64,000 nucleotides of DNA, taken from positions 25,234,001 through 25,298,000 of the forward strand of contig NC_087257.1 in the NCBI RefSeq assembly GCF_037042905.1, in the 5' to 3' direction. The translations under genes and the position numbers were made by a program. Under the pieces are notes generated by a model, which was not told where the DNA came from, did not search any database, and was given only the letters and a program-made list of their open reading frames with translations. Within the stretch, counting starts at the first letter, position 1. Each line of letters starts with the position of its first letter. Positions 12,101 through 24,661 of the stretch are shown here, piece after piece. Origin of the DNA: Lytechinus pictus (taxonomy: Eukaryota).

Positions 12101-13939
12101 GACTGAAACTCTCCCTCTCGTCATGCTTGGAATTCGAACTGCAGTCAAATCTGATTTGGGATGTTGCGCTGCTGAACTGGTTTATGGAACAACTTTAAGA
12201 TTGCCAGGTCAGTTTGTAGCACCTAATCAGAATGATTGTGATTTGGACCCTAGCAACAACTACATACATCGACTGAGAAAACAAATGGAGAACCTCAAAC
12301 CTCAGCCTACTCGTGTCCAGAATCGCAAACCACAAGTCCACCCAGATCTCACATCATGCACCCATGTCTTTGTGCGTCATGATGCAGTCAAGAAACCCCT
12401 TCAACCACCCTACGATGGCCCATATCAAATTATCAAGCGAGCTGATAAGTTTTTCACCATCCTACTCAAAGGAAAGCATGAAACTATCAGTCTCGACCGT
12501 CTGAAACCAGCATATTTGGAATCACCCATTTCACCAACCGTTCCAACCACTGTTCAACCAAGCCTATCTACTCATGACAACCCTAAACCTTCTCAAGTGA
12601 CTACTACACCAACCACTAAGCCTCCGCCTCCCTCCATCACTCCTTCTTCATCATCTACCGAGCCTGAAATCAGACAAACTCGTTCGGGTAGAAAGGTGCA
12701 TTTTCCAAAGCGTTTTGTTCAAGTTTTTCATTTTAATTGAGAAATTATTTTCTTCATTTGGACTATTACTATTTTCTTTGTTATCGACCGTTTCATTTTA
12801 TTCAACGATCTAGGAGGGGGCTGATGTAGTATTTTCCAAATTTCATCCTACTTCATTTCTCAACTTTGCCTTCTATTACTCATCATCTTTGAGAGGACAT
12901 TACCCTTGGATACCAGTTACTTCCACTCCCTGACAATAAACATGTCAACAAGTGGTCAAGAATGCCCCTCAGCACAGCACACTCACCTGTGACTCACTAT
13001 AAATTCTCTGAATTGGTACCTCTCTCTCCCCTCTCTCTTTGTTTACATCCTACATCACATTTGGGATGAAAACTACTACTTTCTTTTCTGAACACACTTC
13101 TCAAAGTTTTCTTCTTCAGTAAACACGTGTCTTGAGAACGTCGTCAAATAACTTAATACATTTGTGGATTCCATCATCTCACTTGGAGCAAATTCATCCA
13201 TTGCATCTTCCACAGCATACCATTTCAAATTTGCGTACTACCCTTTTTTCTCCGTTATTTTCACTAAGAGAAAATCCAAATACCGCTTGTGCTAGCCAAG
13301 TTATTTTTTGTGATATAATCTTGTGTGATTTTGTGTCATTGGGATTGTGCAATAATTGGAACACTTTGTTATATTGGAGGATTGTCTGTCGGATCTCTAC
13401 ACGCATAAAGTCGGTAAGTGGAGATTGGCTTATTACCATTTCATCTTATAAACCAACCCCCGCTTCAATATTATTATATTAGGCCCTAAATGATATTTCA
13501 AAATAGATTATTTTTTTACTTTAGAATATGTTGAATGATTGTTTTCATTGGATAAATCGGCCGATAAATCTATGTTCAATTACCAAGTCGAGTTCAACTA
13601 ACGTTAGAAAAGACAAGTTAACTGTCTTAAGCCAAGGTCCATGCCAGTTGTACAAACTGCAACGTAAATTCTAACGACTGGGACTGAAGCAAGAATTTAT
13701 TCAAATTATTTTAATATTGGCGTCCTTACCCTTTCCGCATATTTCTGGGTCTCAAAAGCTCTCCTGTACCCCAATTCTATACGTTCATACTTCACGAGTG
13801 CTGTAATAAGAGTTCTCAATACATGAATTCGATCTGCAGGCCCGCTGGACATCCGCAGGTAATGTTTTATCTTAAATCTCAAACTCCTCATTTTTAGAGT
13901 TCTTCTCTTTTTCGGTTTGATTGATGGTGTCGGTGACAT
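6140..13939 (-). CDS. MRPL17: Mitochondrial ribosomal protein L17 (bL17m); exons 13939(or 13891)-13730, 7144-7076, 6532-6140
   Basis: Phase-0 GT-AG joins give ...[118 protein letters not shown]..., matching the MRPL17 motifs (HERIE, YAEKLI, ADFWL, KLFxVLxPR, EYxGNxxPPL). Length is 223 aa, or 207 aa from the second ATG. Confidence 0.93.
7415..7846. mobile_element. MITE/foldback built from short ttcgtaattccgaagg-type repeats
   Basis: The left half repeats ttcg(t/tt)aatccgaa; the right half carries the inverted ttcggaattacgaacc. Termini are tacacttcgtaattccgaagg ... ccttcggaattacgaatgta. Confidence 0.7.
7936..8578 (+). repeat. 5' LTR
   Basis: TGTAGTATTT...CCGCTTCA; direct repeat of 12825-13467 with 3 visible substitutions (8078, 8345, 8450); TATA-like ctataaat near 8108. 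Confidence 0.97.
8580..8599 (+). other. Primer-binding site complementary to the tRNA-Trp 3' end
   Basis: TGGTGACCCCGACGTGATTT lies 1 nt after the 5' LTR and is the reverse complement of the animal tRNA-Trp(CCA) 3' end ...AAATCACGTCGGGGTCACCA. Confidence 0.9.
8689..9552 (+). CDS. gag: Gag of the LTR element (DUF7041-type N-terminus, CHCC zinc knuckle)
   Basis: First ATG at 8689; [23 protein letters not shown]-terminal motif; C-terminal [18 protein letters not shown] (CX2HX9CX3C) as in the CsRn1/Kabuki/Boudicca clade. Confidence 0.9.
   Translation: MSTDDQFSSDSTASSSISNVQLKLPPFWPNDPTIWFVQVEAQFLTKGISKQSTKFAYIVASLEPEYAQEIRDLLISPPKENPYDVLKYQLIQRTSASEQKRLHQLLILEELGDRKPSQLLRKMKQLLGTNTLEENILKQLFLQRLPTNIQVILASTRDSMEIEKLADLADKILETHSPIHHSRVAHLSPSSSSTTPSSNPEMAEMKAQIDQLSLLVQNVSAQQSDRSRGRSRERGSRQKESRQRSKSPQSHVGGDCYYHWRFGKGAKKCTPPCTFNQTNQGNDKASD
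9465..12740 (+). CDS. pol: Pol polyprotein (protease-RT-RNase H-integrase), in the -1 frame relative to gag
   Basis: FLVDTGA (protease); MPFGL and YIDD (RT); VDAS and TDH (RNase H); H..H..CIQC, HIDLVG/TTDRG/GLVERF (integrase HHCC and DDE); PPYDGPY (GPY/F). The order PR-RT-RH-IN is Gypsy-type. Confidence 0.97.
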   Translation: MAFWKGGKEVHSPLHFQPDQPGKRQSQRLAATSPTGSKQQSRLFYITDRKTGIRFLVDTGAEVSVLPPSKAEKHHPSSKFYLQAVNRSSITTYGERSLTLDVGLRRACRWIFIIADIPIPIIGADFLHHFGFLVDVRNLKLIDSSTNLSITGILSSSPSISPMFLKPENQAAYKSILDKFPDITRPVYKEAEIKHSVTHHIVTKGPPVSSRPRRLATDRYSIAKAEFDHMLELGIIQPSSSNWASPLHMVPKKTPGDWRPCGDYRALNRNTVPDKYPIPHLQDFTSALAGKRFFSKLDLVRAYHQIPVDQADVHKTAITTPFGLFEFVRMPFGLRNAAQTFQRFIDEVTRGLPFVYAYIDDLLIASENEEEHKQHLQLLFARLSKYGVVINPAKCEFGASSLTFLGHIVDENGIRPLPEKVKVINNFPVPDSLRKLREFLGLVNFYRRFIPDCATITQPLTDLLACKQKNKAIHLDDTALNAFNSVKTALAQATLLSHPKPKAPLCIMVDASDVAVGGVLQQHIDDDWQPIAFFSKRLQPAETRYSTFGRELLSVYLTIRHFRHALEGRQFFIYTDHKPLTHAFNARPDRYSPREVRHLDYISQFSTDIRHISGKHNVVADTLSRMEINSLTSTPTIDFNAIAAAQEDDEELKQLTSTSLKLEPLPLPISDSTILCDTSTTNPRPYIPSKFRRVVFDALHNLSHPGINATQKLITDRFVWPGINKDVRNWTKTCIQCQRCKVHRHTKTPIGTFSTPDARFDHIHIDLVGPLPPSNGNAYLLTCVDRFTRWPEAMPIPDISAETVARAFISHWVSRFGAPSTITTDRGRQFESSLFQALTHLLGSSRIRTTSYHPASNGLVERFHRQLKASLKTTPSSRWTETLPLVMLGIRTAVKSDLGCCAAELVYGTTLRLPGQFVAPNQNDCDLDPSNNYIHRLRKQMENLKPQPTRVQNRKPQVHPDLTSCTHVFVRHDAVKKPLQPPYDGPYQIIKRADKFFTILLKGKHETISLDRLKPAYLESPISPTVPTTVQPSLSTHDNPKPSQVTTTPTTKPPPPSITPSSSSTEPEIRQTRSGRKVHFPKRFVQVFHFN
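12812..12820 (+). other. Polypurine tract
   Basis: AGGAGGGGG a few nt before the 3' LTR. Confidence 0.8.
12825..13467 (+). repeat. 3' LTR
   Basis: Direct repeat of 7936-8578, followed by the ATAT TSD. Confidence 0.97.
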
Positions 13940-14201
13940 AGCAAACCAGACGCAAACAATGAAAACAGCTAGCTCATCAATAACTCTGCATTAGAGACTA
14001 TAAGAAAAAAATGAAGAATAGAATGAAAAAATATTTTAACGACAGCAAGCAGATAGAAGAAGAAGAAGAAGAAGGAAGAGGAGGAGGATGGTGTGGGGTT
14101 ACTTTAAAATTTTGAAGCAATCTTTTTGGCTTTGGATTACACAAAAATACGAATTCAGTATAGTTGTAATCTCCTTCAGTTTGGTTCTCTGTATGATATA
14201 A

Positions 14202-14900
14202 CTTCTTCTTCTTCTTCTGTATCCTTCCTCCGCTGTATCGGAGATCTGCAGTTTAATACTGTATCATTAGCATTAAATATTCTGACGTGAGAGTAAGGTA
14301 GAGCGAGAGAGATGAATATTATGCAAGAAATTTAAAATAAGTAGGTTGAGGTCGTTTTTGGAGGAATCTGTTAATTCGACGTCGGGTAGAAACAGGACGG
14401 AAATGGTAAATTGTTGAGGTTCTTGATCATTGAAATGTTCAGAAAAATACTGCAGTTCCTTGTCTTCTTTTATCAAGTTTATAATGTTTTCCTGTGTGTG
14501 CTAAATGCTGGGAATTCTCCGACAAAATGTATAACACTTTCCAATTCGGAGTGGCAGAACTTGCAGGACTTTGTGGTACTTTGATTCATAGAGAATAACC
14601 TTCTATTCGTTGGGTATGTACTGCAGGATAATTGAGCTCTGATAGAAATAGCTTCCCTCAGGAGAGGGCTAGAGACTTGTTTTGGGTAGTAATTATTCTT
14701 GTCACGTTGGATCATGCCCGACCATAAACTAAGAGAAGATTTTTTAGCAATTGCAATTTCAAGGGCAGCATAATGGTGTCTATAAATGTTTCCCAGTGCT
14801 AGCTTCTTCCATACTTTATATGGAATGCGATCTCTGAGGAGTTTAGTGAGACTTGGAAGCTGATAGGTATTGATAATTTTTATCCAGTTTAACAGTTTAC
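14202..14900 (-). mobile_element. 5'-truncated, degenerate non-LTR retrotransposon (LINE) 3' end
   Basis: Frameshifted minus-strand ORFs 14904-14479 and 14476-14273 contain the ORF2 C-terminal zinc knuckle CKFCHSELESVIHFVGE(F)PAF, with the last Cys lost. A 3' stem-loop ctccg-atacag-cggag precedes a (GAA)5 tail. Confidence 0.7.
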
Positions 14901-15894
14901 ACAATTGATGGAACTTTTCCAGTGAACTTTTCCAAATGGCTGTTTAAAATCGATTGTCCGGACACACAACAATTGGGAAGTAGTAATAGAAGAACAAGAA
15001 GAAGGAGGAAGAGGAGAAAAAGAAGAAGAAGAAGTCAGTGCAAGCTAGAGAAGTAACGAAGAATATAACATAATAATTATAATTAAACTTCTTTATTTTC
15101 ATGATTGATGTCATGCCGGGTTTAGTCAATCCCCATGTCAAAGTATACGATGTGCGATAGTTGTTTGAAAGTAATGTGAGACATTATTCTTTCATGATTA
15201 TTTCTGCTATTTGATGCACGTATGTTGAGAAAAACCCATCTGAGTGATTTTTTATCCGGACATCGGCTTCCCCATCCTACCACTCTCTCTAAAAAAAAAA
15301 AAAAAAAATTGGGAACCGGCCTTTTGCATGCGTCACTTGGGTATGAAAAAATTATATCTCCCCTCCTCCTGTAAATATAAATATAAGGGGACGCTACCGC
15401 CTTTTTTAAAATTAGTGTTCTATTCCATTTCATTTTTTTAAACATTCAACAACAACAAAAATAAAAAAATTAGGCTGTCGATATGGCGTAGGTCGATCCA
15501 TCCATCTGTTCCAGGGAAAAGCGGCTAGTGTATATGCAGTCGACAATGAATTTAGGGGGATTTCCCTATTATACTCCTAGGAATAGCAGGATGGGGGAAG
15601 TGAAAGCAGACATCTTCATCACCTTCAAGTAGCACTTGCCCCTCTAACATTCTTTGACGTCATACTACATGATCAGATTTGAAAATGAAAATCATTTTCT
15701 GCAGAGGTCATTGACCCTGAATACAATTTTGACACCCATAATTTTTCCTTTCGAAAATGATTCCCCAAAATACCACTTGCGCGTTACTAGGCTAACCGAG
15801 TGCGCGCGAAAAAAAATCCACCCCATTGTTCTTATAGCAAAGGTCCTAAAAATAGCATCACTTGGCTTCGCATCGTCCCAAGTTGCATCAAATT

Positions 15895-15990
15895 ATGCAT
15901 GCGCGCCAAAACTCTCCTACGTCACTGATATTGAGCCAATCGCCTTGCATCTTCGCGTGGACCATTATCCTTAGCAACTGATTAGCAACT
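15895..15990 (+). promoter_or_regulatory. Candidate KLHL10 proximal promoter (RFX X-box-like, CCAAT, half-CRE)
   Basis: ATTATCCTTAGCAAC (15964-15978) plus a second TAGCAAC, CCAAT near 15936, TACGTCA near 15918 and GCATGCGC near 15897, all within about 250 bp of the ATG. Confidence 0.4.
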
Positions 15991-16146
15991 AAAAAAGGCG
16001 CGCTTTTTTGTAAACAATGCATGCTAGAAAAAATGCTAGGCATGCAAAATAAATTTTAATTCAAGAAGATAATCACTTCGGTTTAGTGACAATTTGATCC
16101 TCGAAATACAATTGAGATTTTTTTTCGTGAATTAAATAATTTACCC

Positions 16147-18551
16147 ATGGAAGTGAGCGAAAAGGAGACAGAGGAAGCAGAAGTTACCCCATTCACCGTC
16201 TTTGATGAACTCCGAAAAAACAATCAACTTTGCGATGTGACTTTGGAGGTGGGCGATCAGAAGTTTCCCGCGCATCGCAATGTTTTGGCGGCATGCAGCC
16301 GATACTTTCGCGCCCTTTTCACGATCGGAATGCACGAGATGGAAGAAAAGGTCATTAAGATCCCCGGCGTGGAGCCCAATCTGATGGAGCAGATCCTGGA
16401 TTACATTTACACCAAACATACTCCAGTCAACTCGGACAATGTGGTGGAGCTGCTACCAGCAGCAGACCAGTTCAATGTCGAAGGTAAAAAGAAAAAAACA
16501 AAAACAAAGTGGAGGAATCTGAAGACAAGTTAGTGATCTATAAGTAAGATTTACTAAAGATGAAAATATGGCCATGCATCTGATGAGGAAGGAGGGTACA
16601 AATTTATTTAATTTTTTGTTTAGGCCTAGGCCTATACAAAAAATTCCTTCTTTTGACGGGAAAAAAATATTTGAGTTAGATCCAGGGTTAGATCTAACGT
16701 TAAGTCTTATCTCCCATAAATTGCTGAAACAAAATCCGACGATAGAGTCTAGAACCCTAAAAAAACAAGAAAATAAAAGGCAGACTACATGTAGATCTTC
16801 AGATCTCTCGATCCGCTGCACGAGCATTGATTGAGTGAACAGTTTTGTAGACTTAGTTTTACAAGTCAACTTTTAATGAGATATATAGGTGCACATCTAC
16901 CTTTTTTATATTATAAGATAGGCCTGGGTCTAAATCTACTTTTGTAAATTCATTTATTCTTTCTCATAATTTTTTTCTATCATTTTATCATCCTCTTTTT
17001 TGTGTCCTCGATGTTAGGCCTCGTCAGGGAATGTTGCGCATACTTGGAGGATCACTTTGGCGCGAGCAACTGCGTCGGGATGTGGCGGTTCGCTCGCTCT
17101 TATTTCTGCTTTCTTCTGGAACAGTCCGCTTTTCGTTACATCCTCAACCACTTCGAAGAAGTCGCTCTTGGAGGCAAAGCCGAGGAGTTCCTCGAGCTCT
17201 CCATCGAAGATCTAGAGTGTATTGTGAAAGAGGTAGGATGAATGAGAGGCGGAAGTTTAGACACACATGGGCCTATGGCCTATGCGAATATAACATTTTC
17301 CCCTTGGATTTAACAATGTATTCAATTGAACTCACTGAAGTCGAGGAACGATTACTATAAATCTAATTTCAGCCTCATGACTTCATTAATCATAGTTTTC
17401 ATAGTTTTTAATTACAAAATAAAGGTTATTTGTCATATTTTATCAACAAAACTATGATGATGATGATGAACCCCGTCAAACAACCTTGATAAATTTTTTA
17501 GCCTAATAATAATAATAATATGCAATTTGTTAAGCGCCATATCCATCTCGTAATCTTGAGATGCTCAAGGTGCACAAGTGAAGGGGGGCAACAAACAAAA
17601 TTACAAGTAACAGAAAATCATTGATAAAATGAGTTAAAGAGGTATAAGTTTTTAGCTTAATCTTAAATGTTTCGACACTCTTGCTATCTCGGATCTCTCG
17701 TGGTAGGGAATTCCATAGTGAGGGCCCTGCATGGATGAATGCCCTTCCCCCACTTAATTTGTTTTACTTGTTGGAACTGTAAGACCAGAGTCACTGGAGC
17801 GTAGAAGCCTAGATGGTGTGTATACATGTGTGAATGAGAGGATCGAAAGCAGAGTTGTACTGTGGAGCAGAGCCATGAACTGAGTGATATACCAGTATAA
17901 GGATTTTGAATTTGACACGATCACTCTTAAGTTCTTAACAAAATGGGGGAAAAAATACTGAAGAGGAACGATTGCTATGAATGTATTTTTTTTTGCATGA
18001 TTTCTTTAACCATATAATTCAATCACAAAATGGTGGATATTTATCATATTTTTACAAACCAAAAGATGACGATGGACCTTGTGATGGATTGGAATGAAAT
18101 CCTCTCATATAGTTCTGATCGGACAAACATTAAAATAGATCCCATTTAACAATGTTGACCTATAAATATTTATATGGTATGTTATGGCCGCTAAGAGATT
18201 ATTCAAACAATTTTGTTAGGATGAACTGAACGTCAAGATGGAGGAGTATGTCTTTGAGGCAATGGTTCGTTGGGTTCGGCACAAGGAAACACAAAGGAAA
18301 CAATACATACCTCGGTTGTTACTCCTCGTTCGTCTGGGTATGATCAACACAGACTACTTCATGAACAGGTGAGTATAGTCTGTGAGTCTGTTCTATTTGA
18401 AATATGACGATGGGGATAGTGGTGATGAGGAAAAAGAGAGGGATAATGATGATGATGATGGTGGTGGCGATGATTAGAATGGAGGGATAATAATAACGAT
18501 GATGATGATGGTGGTGGCGGTGGTGGTGATGATTGGAATGGAGGGAAAATA

Positions 18552-18583
<32 letters not shown>

Positions 18584-21500
18584 GGTGGTGATGGTTTTGA
18601 TGGTGATGATTGGAATGGAGGTGATAATGGAACGAAAAATAGTACATTTTACTATGACAAATCCAAGATGATGATGATAATGAAGATGACGACGATGATG
18701 GTGGTGGCGATGGTGTTGATGATTGGGATAGGGTTGGAAAGTGGTGCATTTACTTTTGCAAATCTGAGTTGATGCTGATGATAATGGTGGCAATGATGAC
18801 GGTGATAGTTATGATAATGATCACCGTAACCATGATGATCTTGACGTTGACAATGATGATTATGATGATGATGATGATGATGATGATGGTGATAATGATG
18901 ATGATGGTGATGCCTGAGGACCATGATAAATAAAATCATTAATCTATAGCCTATGTTTTCATGAACAACTGTTTCCGGCATTTCCTTTCAGCATCAAAGC
19001 TCATCCGTTAGTCCGTGACGTCGAAGAATGCAAAGCAGTCATTATCCAGACCATCCACTATACATACAACTTTGATCCCAATGAAACACCCAAAGGACCA
19101 AGTGCAGTGCTCTCTCGTCCGCGGTAGGTGACAATTAGAATCAGTGGTAGATCAAGGATTTCAAAAATAAGGGGCGGCAGAAAGTAGGTTTAAACAGAAT
19201 TTCCGAGGAAGCAAAAATTGTTTTTCCCTTAAAAAAAGATTTACTGCATTGTCTACAAAGTGATATAATAATGGGGAAAACTATTTACTTAAAAAGAACA
19301 GGAACTGCTCGAAATGGATAGACAGTCTAGGCACATTGCTAACTAATTTTTGGCAAAGAGGAATCGGGATCTGAGCTTGATTAGAAGCTAGTCCTCTTTC
19401 CTGAAAGTTGAAGTTGATGAGATAAGAGAGAAATATGTCTCATAAAATAAAGTCCCATCACTGCTATATATATCTGTGTACAATTTATTGCCACTATTCT
19501 TGTAAGTTCCTCTTAAACCTGCATCTCTAGTCTTTGTCTTTATTTGGCTAGTCATTTTGATTAATTGAATTTTAATTTGATTGAATTATTAAAGGCAAGT
19601 AAGAGTAGGTGAAGGAACAAATTGCATGTATTATTTCCTAGTCAATATAGACTGCATGAGGAAAATGTGCAGTATCAGAAACGAAGATTGATTAATAACT
19701 AGAAGTTATGCCGATATTTTGTAAGCATCTCATCTTCCCTGCCCTATCTCCAGCCTTCCTTTCAAACTCCTGTTCGCCGTCGGCGGCTGGAGCGGGGGCA
19801 GTCCGACCAGCGCCATCGAATGCTACGACACACGGGCCGATCGGTGGGTCCTGATGGACACCGTCAACAATCGACCACGGGCGTACATGGGCATAGCCGT
19901 CCTCAACCAGAAGCTCTATGCCGTGGGCGGGTTCGACAGCAACCAGTACTTCAACAGTGTCAGGTGCTTTGATCCAGTCACCAAGGTTAGCCTGTGATCA
20001 ATGTTTTTTTTCCTACAATGGCAAAGAAGGAAAGTGATATTCGGGACTTTTTTATTTACCACAATATTTTTAGAGAGAGTGACTTGATGAATCAATTTAT
20101 TGAATTTGCGGTCACTGATTTTCCGTTTGAAAAATAGTTTTTTATCTTTGTCTAAAACCCTGTCATCCCCGACTTGATCAAACATGGTAATTCCATTTTT
20201 TCATAGAAATTGGCATGAATTTTATATGGCAAAGGTGAATTCAATGGCTTTCCACATGAAAAGTATAGAACAAAAACAGGATTTTACATTTTAATCTACC
20301 GGTAAACGTTTTCATGAAAAGTAATTGAAAAAATGAATGACTAAATAAGTGAATGAATGGATGAAAGAATGACTAAATAATTCAGTCAGTCAGTGAATAA
20401 ATGAATTCTTTATCATCACAAAGAAACCTTGCAATAATGCATGCAATCTTACAGCGCTACACATATGCCTATGTATATCTCGGTGATATGAGCTTACAAA
20501 ATAATAACGAGTTCTAATCAAAGTCATTGAACCATGACTACTCATAAGCACCACCTTCGATCTTTCAATGCTTTCTTCATTTTTTAAAGAAAGGGACAGT
20601 GTCTCTGCTCTCTAGACGACGAAATGATTTTGGAGTATCTTACTTTTCATAGTTTGACATTTCAATATAGTGATACGATTGATTTAAGTTCGATTTTTAT
20701 GTTCTCGTAGAGTTGGAACGAAGTCGCGCCAATGAATTCCCGACGGTGTTACGTGAGTGTGTCAACGGTTGGTGAGTACGTCTACGCGATGGGTGGGTTC
20801 GATGGACACACGCGTCTTAAAACTGTCGAGAGGTAGGTAGGACTAGGGAGGTTTGTAAAATTGGCTTGAAGTTACGAACGGATAAGCAGGTGGCATGAAT
20901 GAAAAGCGAAGTGAATAACTGGAATGAAACAAAAAGTGAAGCTACCCCAAAAGTCTTATTTTGTAAACCCAAGTTTGCTAACCTGTCAATTGAAATCCGG
21001 TTTTAGGCCTAGATATTTCCCTGTTGTGCTTACATTTTGAAGCACTTTGGACCACCGGTAATTAGCTAGATATAACAATAATGATACCTTCCTCAAGAAT
21101 ATCTTTTTAATTACGACAGTTGTTCTTGCAAAATGAGTCTGGAGCAAAAGAAAAACAACTCAATTAAAGATCACAATAAAAATATAATTTACAGAAATTT
21201 TAGAAAGCGCAAAATAATTATATGGTTAGATTACAGAATAATTAGCACATTTTAAGATTGGCAACAAGATACAGTCTTCCTTTCTTGTTTTAGTTGCGGT
21301 TGCCTCGATATTTATCCTTGAATCTGGTTTAGACGTGCATGACGCGGGTTCGGCACGACACGGACGCAGTGCGTCATTTTTTCGTCACCCTGTTAAGCCG
21401 TTATCCAATACACTTCAGTAGCTTTATTTTTCGACCTCCAATCCAGGTACGACCCTTATTGCAACCAATGGACATTGATGCACTCGATGAACCACCATCG

Positions 21501-22084
21501 GAGTGATGCCTCGGCGTGCCGTCTCGACGACAAGATCGTCATCGTCGGCGGTTTCAACGGCAACGAGTGTCTGAACTCGGCCGAATTGTTCGACCCGGAG
21601 CTAGATGAGTGGCGGGATATACCCCGTATGAATAGCAGAAGGAGTGGGGTCGGTGCAGTGGCATTTCGGTAAATTTCATCTCGAGGGGCATTGTCCCATT
21701 TTATATTCGTCTTTGCAGAATACATTCTGACCAAGAATCCTTGCGATGCATATTATGTGATAAAAAACCTAAGAAGAATGAAAATTTCTATTCTATTTCC
21801 AATGTAATATACTGTCTCGTTCCTGAAAAGAAAGAAAACCGCTATGGCCCCATGATTGCACTATCTAAATTGTAAATGTATGTCTTGTAAGGATTTCTTA
21901 TATGAACCTAAAAACTCAAAACCTGCAATTTTGATAAAATACTTTGCAATTTTATAAAAATGTTCGGCTTTCATCAATGATGAAAGTATGGCACCATAGT
22001 TTATTACATCTATGTTTATATTATTTTGATGGTGATGACGAGGAAGATGTTGATGATGATGATGATGATATGATGATGGTGATT

Positions 22085-22116
<32 letters not shown>

Positions 22117-24059
22117 AATGATGATGACGATGATGATGAAAAAAATCACCTCTTGATGTTTATTCTTTTCCACAGAGATAGCGTGTACGCTGTCGGGGGC
22201 TTCAACGGTCTGACTCGGCTAAACTCCATGGAGAGATGGAAGCCAGGCTCGATGCAGTGGATGGGGGCACCAAGCATGTACATCCACCGCAGCAACTTCG
22301 GCGTCGCTGTCCTCGATGATATGATCTTCGTCATTGGCGGCTTCAACGGCATCACGACCATCTACAATGTCGAGTGCTACGACCCCGACAACGATGAATG
22401 GTAAGTCTGATCTTGGTTGTGTGTAATCATTGTGTGCTAGAAGCTCGTTGTGCTTTACAAATCAGAATGCAGTCTGAGTTTGGAATTGATTTATTTTTAC
22501 TTTGATGAATTAACACTTTGGTCGGTAAATTAATTTTGAATGCTAGTATTGAACACGTGGCGAAGAAAGAGAAGAAAAAGAAGGAAGCAGAGTACTACAG
22601 TGCGTATCAGAAAAAAGTTTACACTTTGACAAAATCCAGTAAAATTATACATTTGTAATATCCTGAAGATTTTTCCACATTTTAACATTGGTACAGATCC
22701 ATTTAAGCAAATGACGATATAACTGTCGAAAAATATTTCCGCTTGAGTGAGCACCACTTACTTTTGAAAATTTAGTGAAAAATTATTTGCGCAGAACTTT
22801 GAAATAGTTATGCAAAAAAAAGTAGACCTTAATCATGAAGAACACGTGGAATTTAGCTAGTAAAATTGATTTGAAGATATCTTTTACCTTTTTAAACTTG
22901 TTTCCTTGCCCAAAACACTTCGAAGAGTGCATTGTGCCCCACCCCACTCCCCCACACACCGAGGCCATCGGGACGATATTTGCTTTACACTGAGCTGTGA
23001 TTTATATGAAATGGTTTAGGCTTGATTTTAATTTTGTTAATCATTGTCAAGCTTGGGAAAAGTGTGGAGAAACAAGTATTAAATGAAAAATGAAATGTAA
23101 ACCCACTTTAAATGATAAAAACTCAGTGAAAACATGCTGGAGATGTCTGATATAAACTTTTGTTCAGATTCAGTCATGTCCTCAGATCTAGCTCGCACAA
23201 AAAAGGGTAAAGATTGTGCTTACTAAATGTTGAAATATCAATTTGAGTGGCAAAATTGTTGCAAAATACTTCAATGTATCCGTTTTATTTCAATTGACTA
23301 AAAGTGCAAGGGAAATGTATGAGAAATGTTTCGCAGGGTAAGTTTGATTTCGCCCTTTCCCCTTGACACAGCGTGAAAACGAGCATTTCTGCGCAAACAG
23401 ATTTCTGCGAGCTTTACAAAAATGGACAGTGCTCACTCAAGTGTAACATTCTGTCATAACTTTTACTTTCATTGGATAGATGAGACCCAAACCAAAGATT
23501 ATATGTGAAAAATTTACCCACATGTTGTATATTTTTGAATTCCCAGGGCTTTTCCAAAGTGTAAACTTTTTTTTGATACGCACTGTATAAGAGCTAGGTC
23601 TGGGACGTGTAAGTCTTTACTACCCCTTTTAATCGATTGATAATAATGACTTCACCTTTATCTTGCCCCCCTCTGAAATTACTTTTGTGCAGCTCCTTGG
23701 ACTCAGGGTTAACTTATCTTTTAACGACATCCTATTTTTTCAGGTATGACGCATGCGACATGAACGTCTACCGGAGCGCCTTGAGCATCGGCGTCGTCTC
23801 CGACCTCCCTAACGTCCGCGAGTTCACCTGGCCCCGTGATCGAGACCTTCCACCTCCTGCCTTCGTGCCCACCCAAGCCTCACTCGAGCAGGCCGCCATG
23901 GCCATGGAGGAAAGCAACGTGACCAACGACGAACGCGTGCTCGACGACGAGGAGGATGACGAAGGCGGCAATCAGGAGGTGGCCGACGAAGCAGGTGAAG
24001 ACTACGGCGCCTATTCGCCTAGCATGTTCCCCATTCCACGAAACCTACGACGAAATTGA
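16147..24059 (+). CDS. KLHL10: Kelch-like protein 10 (BTB-BACK-6 Kelch); exons 16147-16483, 17018-17232, 18220-18368, 18992-19123, 19754-19985, 20711-20832, 21447-21668, 22176-22400, 23744-24059 (649 aa)
   Basis: All introns are GT-AG and phase-consistent (1950 nt). KLHL10-specific motifs: RPRLP..LFAVGGWSGGSPTSAIECYDTRADRW, YFNSVRCFDPV, MNSRRCYVSV, RSDASA, GGFNGNECL, RSNFG, GGFNGITTIYNVECYD..DEWYDACDMNVYRSALS. AATAAA at 24100. Confidence 0.93.
17505..17925 (-). mobile_element. L2-clade LINE 3' fragment in KLHL10 intron 2
   Basis: The minus strand encodes RVKFKILILVYHSVHGSAP...GRAFIHAGPSLWNSLPREIRDSKSVETFKIKLKT, the typical L2/CR1 ORF2 C-terminus, followed by an L2-like 3' UTR (ccttgagcatc...gcgct) and an (ATT)n tail. 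Confidence 0.85.
18405..18910. repeat. Degenerate (GAT)n/(GGT)n microsatellite
   Basis: Visible trinucleotide runs; they generate the poly-His/poly-Asp ORFs in the track. Confidence 0.9.
22028..22140. repeat. (GAT)n microsatellite
   Basis: Near-pure gat run in KLHL10 intron 7. Confidence 0.9.
22598..23585. mobile_element. Non-autonomous Tc1/mariner-type element
   Basis: TA|CAGTGCGTATCAGAAAAAAGTTTACACTTTG ... CAAAGTGTAAACTTTTTTTTGATACGCACTG|TA (TIRs and TA TSD). Confidence 0.85.
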
Positions 24060-24518
24060 AAACCTATAAAACCCCCCGCGTCTTTGTTATCAATGTATCA
24101 ATAAAGATGATCCATGTGTAATTGATAACCCATGTAATATTCAATTACACGTTAGAAAATACCACAAGATTGTCTGAAATTATGGACGTTACAGGACAAG
24201 AACGATTACGAGAACGCAATATTAATATAGAAGTATTTCGAGCATGTATTTTCCCTCACGCAAGGTAAGCGAAGGTTGTGCTACCGCGTTCTCTTCGCCA
24301 AAACAATGCTATTTTGTCTGAATAGCGCCATGAAAATGCAAAGGGTTGAGAGATGTATCGCCGCATATGTAGAAAGTGGGAAAGGCAATAGATTTGACTG
24401 TTCCATTAAATCCTATTGCGATATTTAGCGCTCTCGGGAACGTTCCCATCTTGTAACGTAAATGTCATCAATTGAGCAGGAGCACGTTGCCGATAGAAAT
24501 GCAATCAAACGCAACTTG

Positions 24519-24661
24519 TACCGTGTTTACACTTAATCGGCATTTGGTTCAGAACCAAATGCCGATGCAGAATCGGCATTTGGATTGCGTTTACACGTTG
24601 TTACAGCTCGCGGTTCAGAACCGCGAGCCGATTCAAATGCCGATTAAGTGTAAACACGGTA
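24519..24661. mobile_element. MITE with 3-bp TSD (Harbinger-like), short derivative
   Basis: TIR TACCGTGTTTACACTTAATCGGCA; TSD TTG/TTG; homologous to 30451-30870. Confidence 0.85.

Larger units (their letters stand above)
7936..13467 (+). mobile_element. Full-length Ty3/Gypsy LTR retrotransposon, CsRn1-like clade, inserted antisense in MRPL17 intron 1
   Basis: Two 643-bp TG...CA LTRs, a 4-bp TSD ATAT (7932-7935 / 13468-13471), a tRNA-Trp PBS, a PPT, and uninterrupted gag and pol. Confidence 0.97.

Noticed and set aside
18359-18981. His-rich and Asp/Met-rich ORFs (also 21944-22156, 25623-25874, 29716-30052)
   Set aside because: They are translations of microsatellites or low-complexity tracts.
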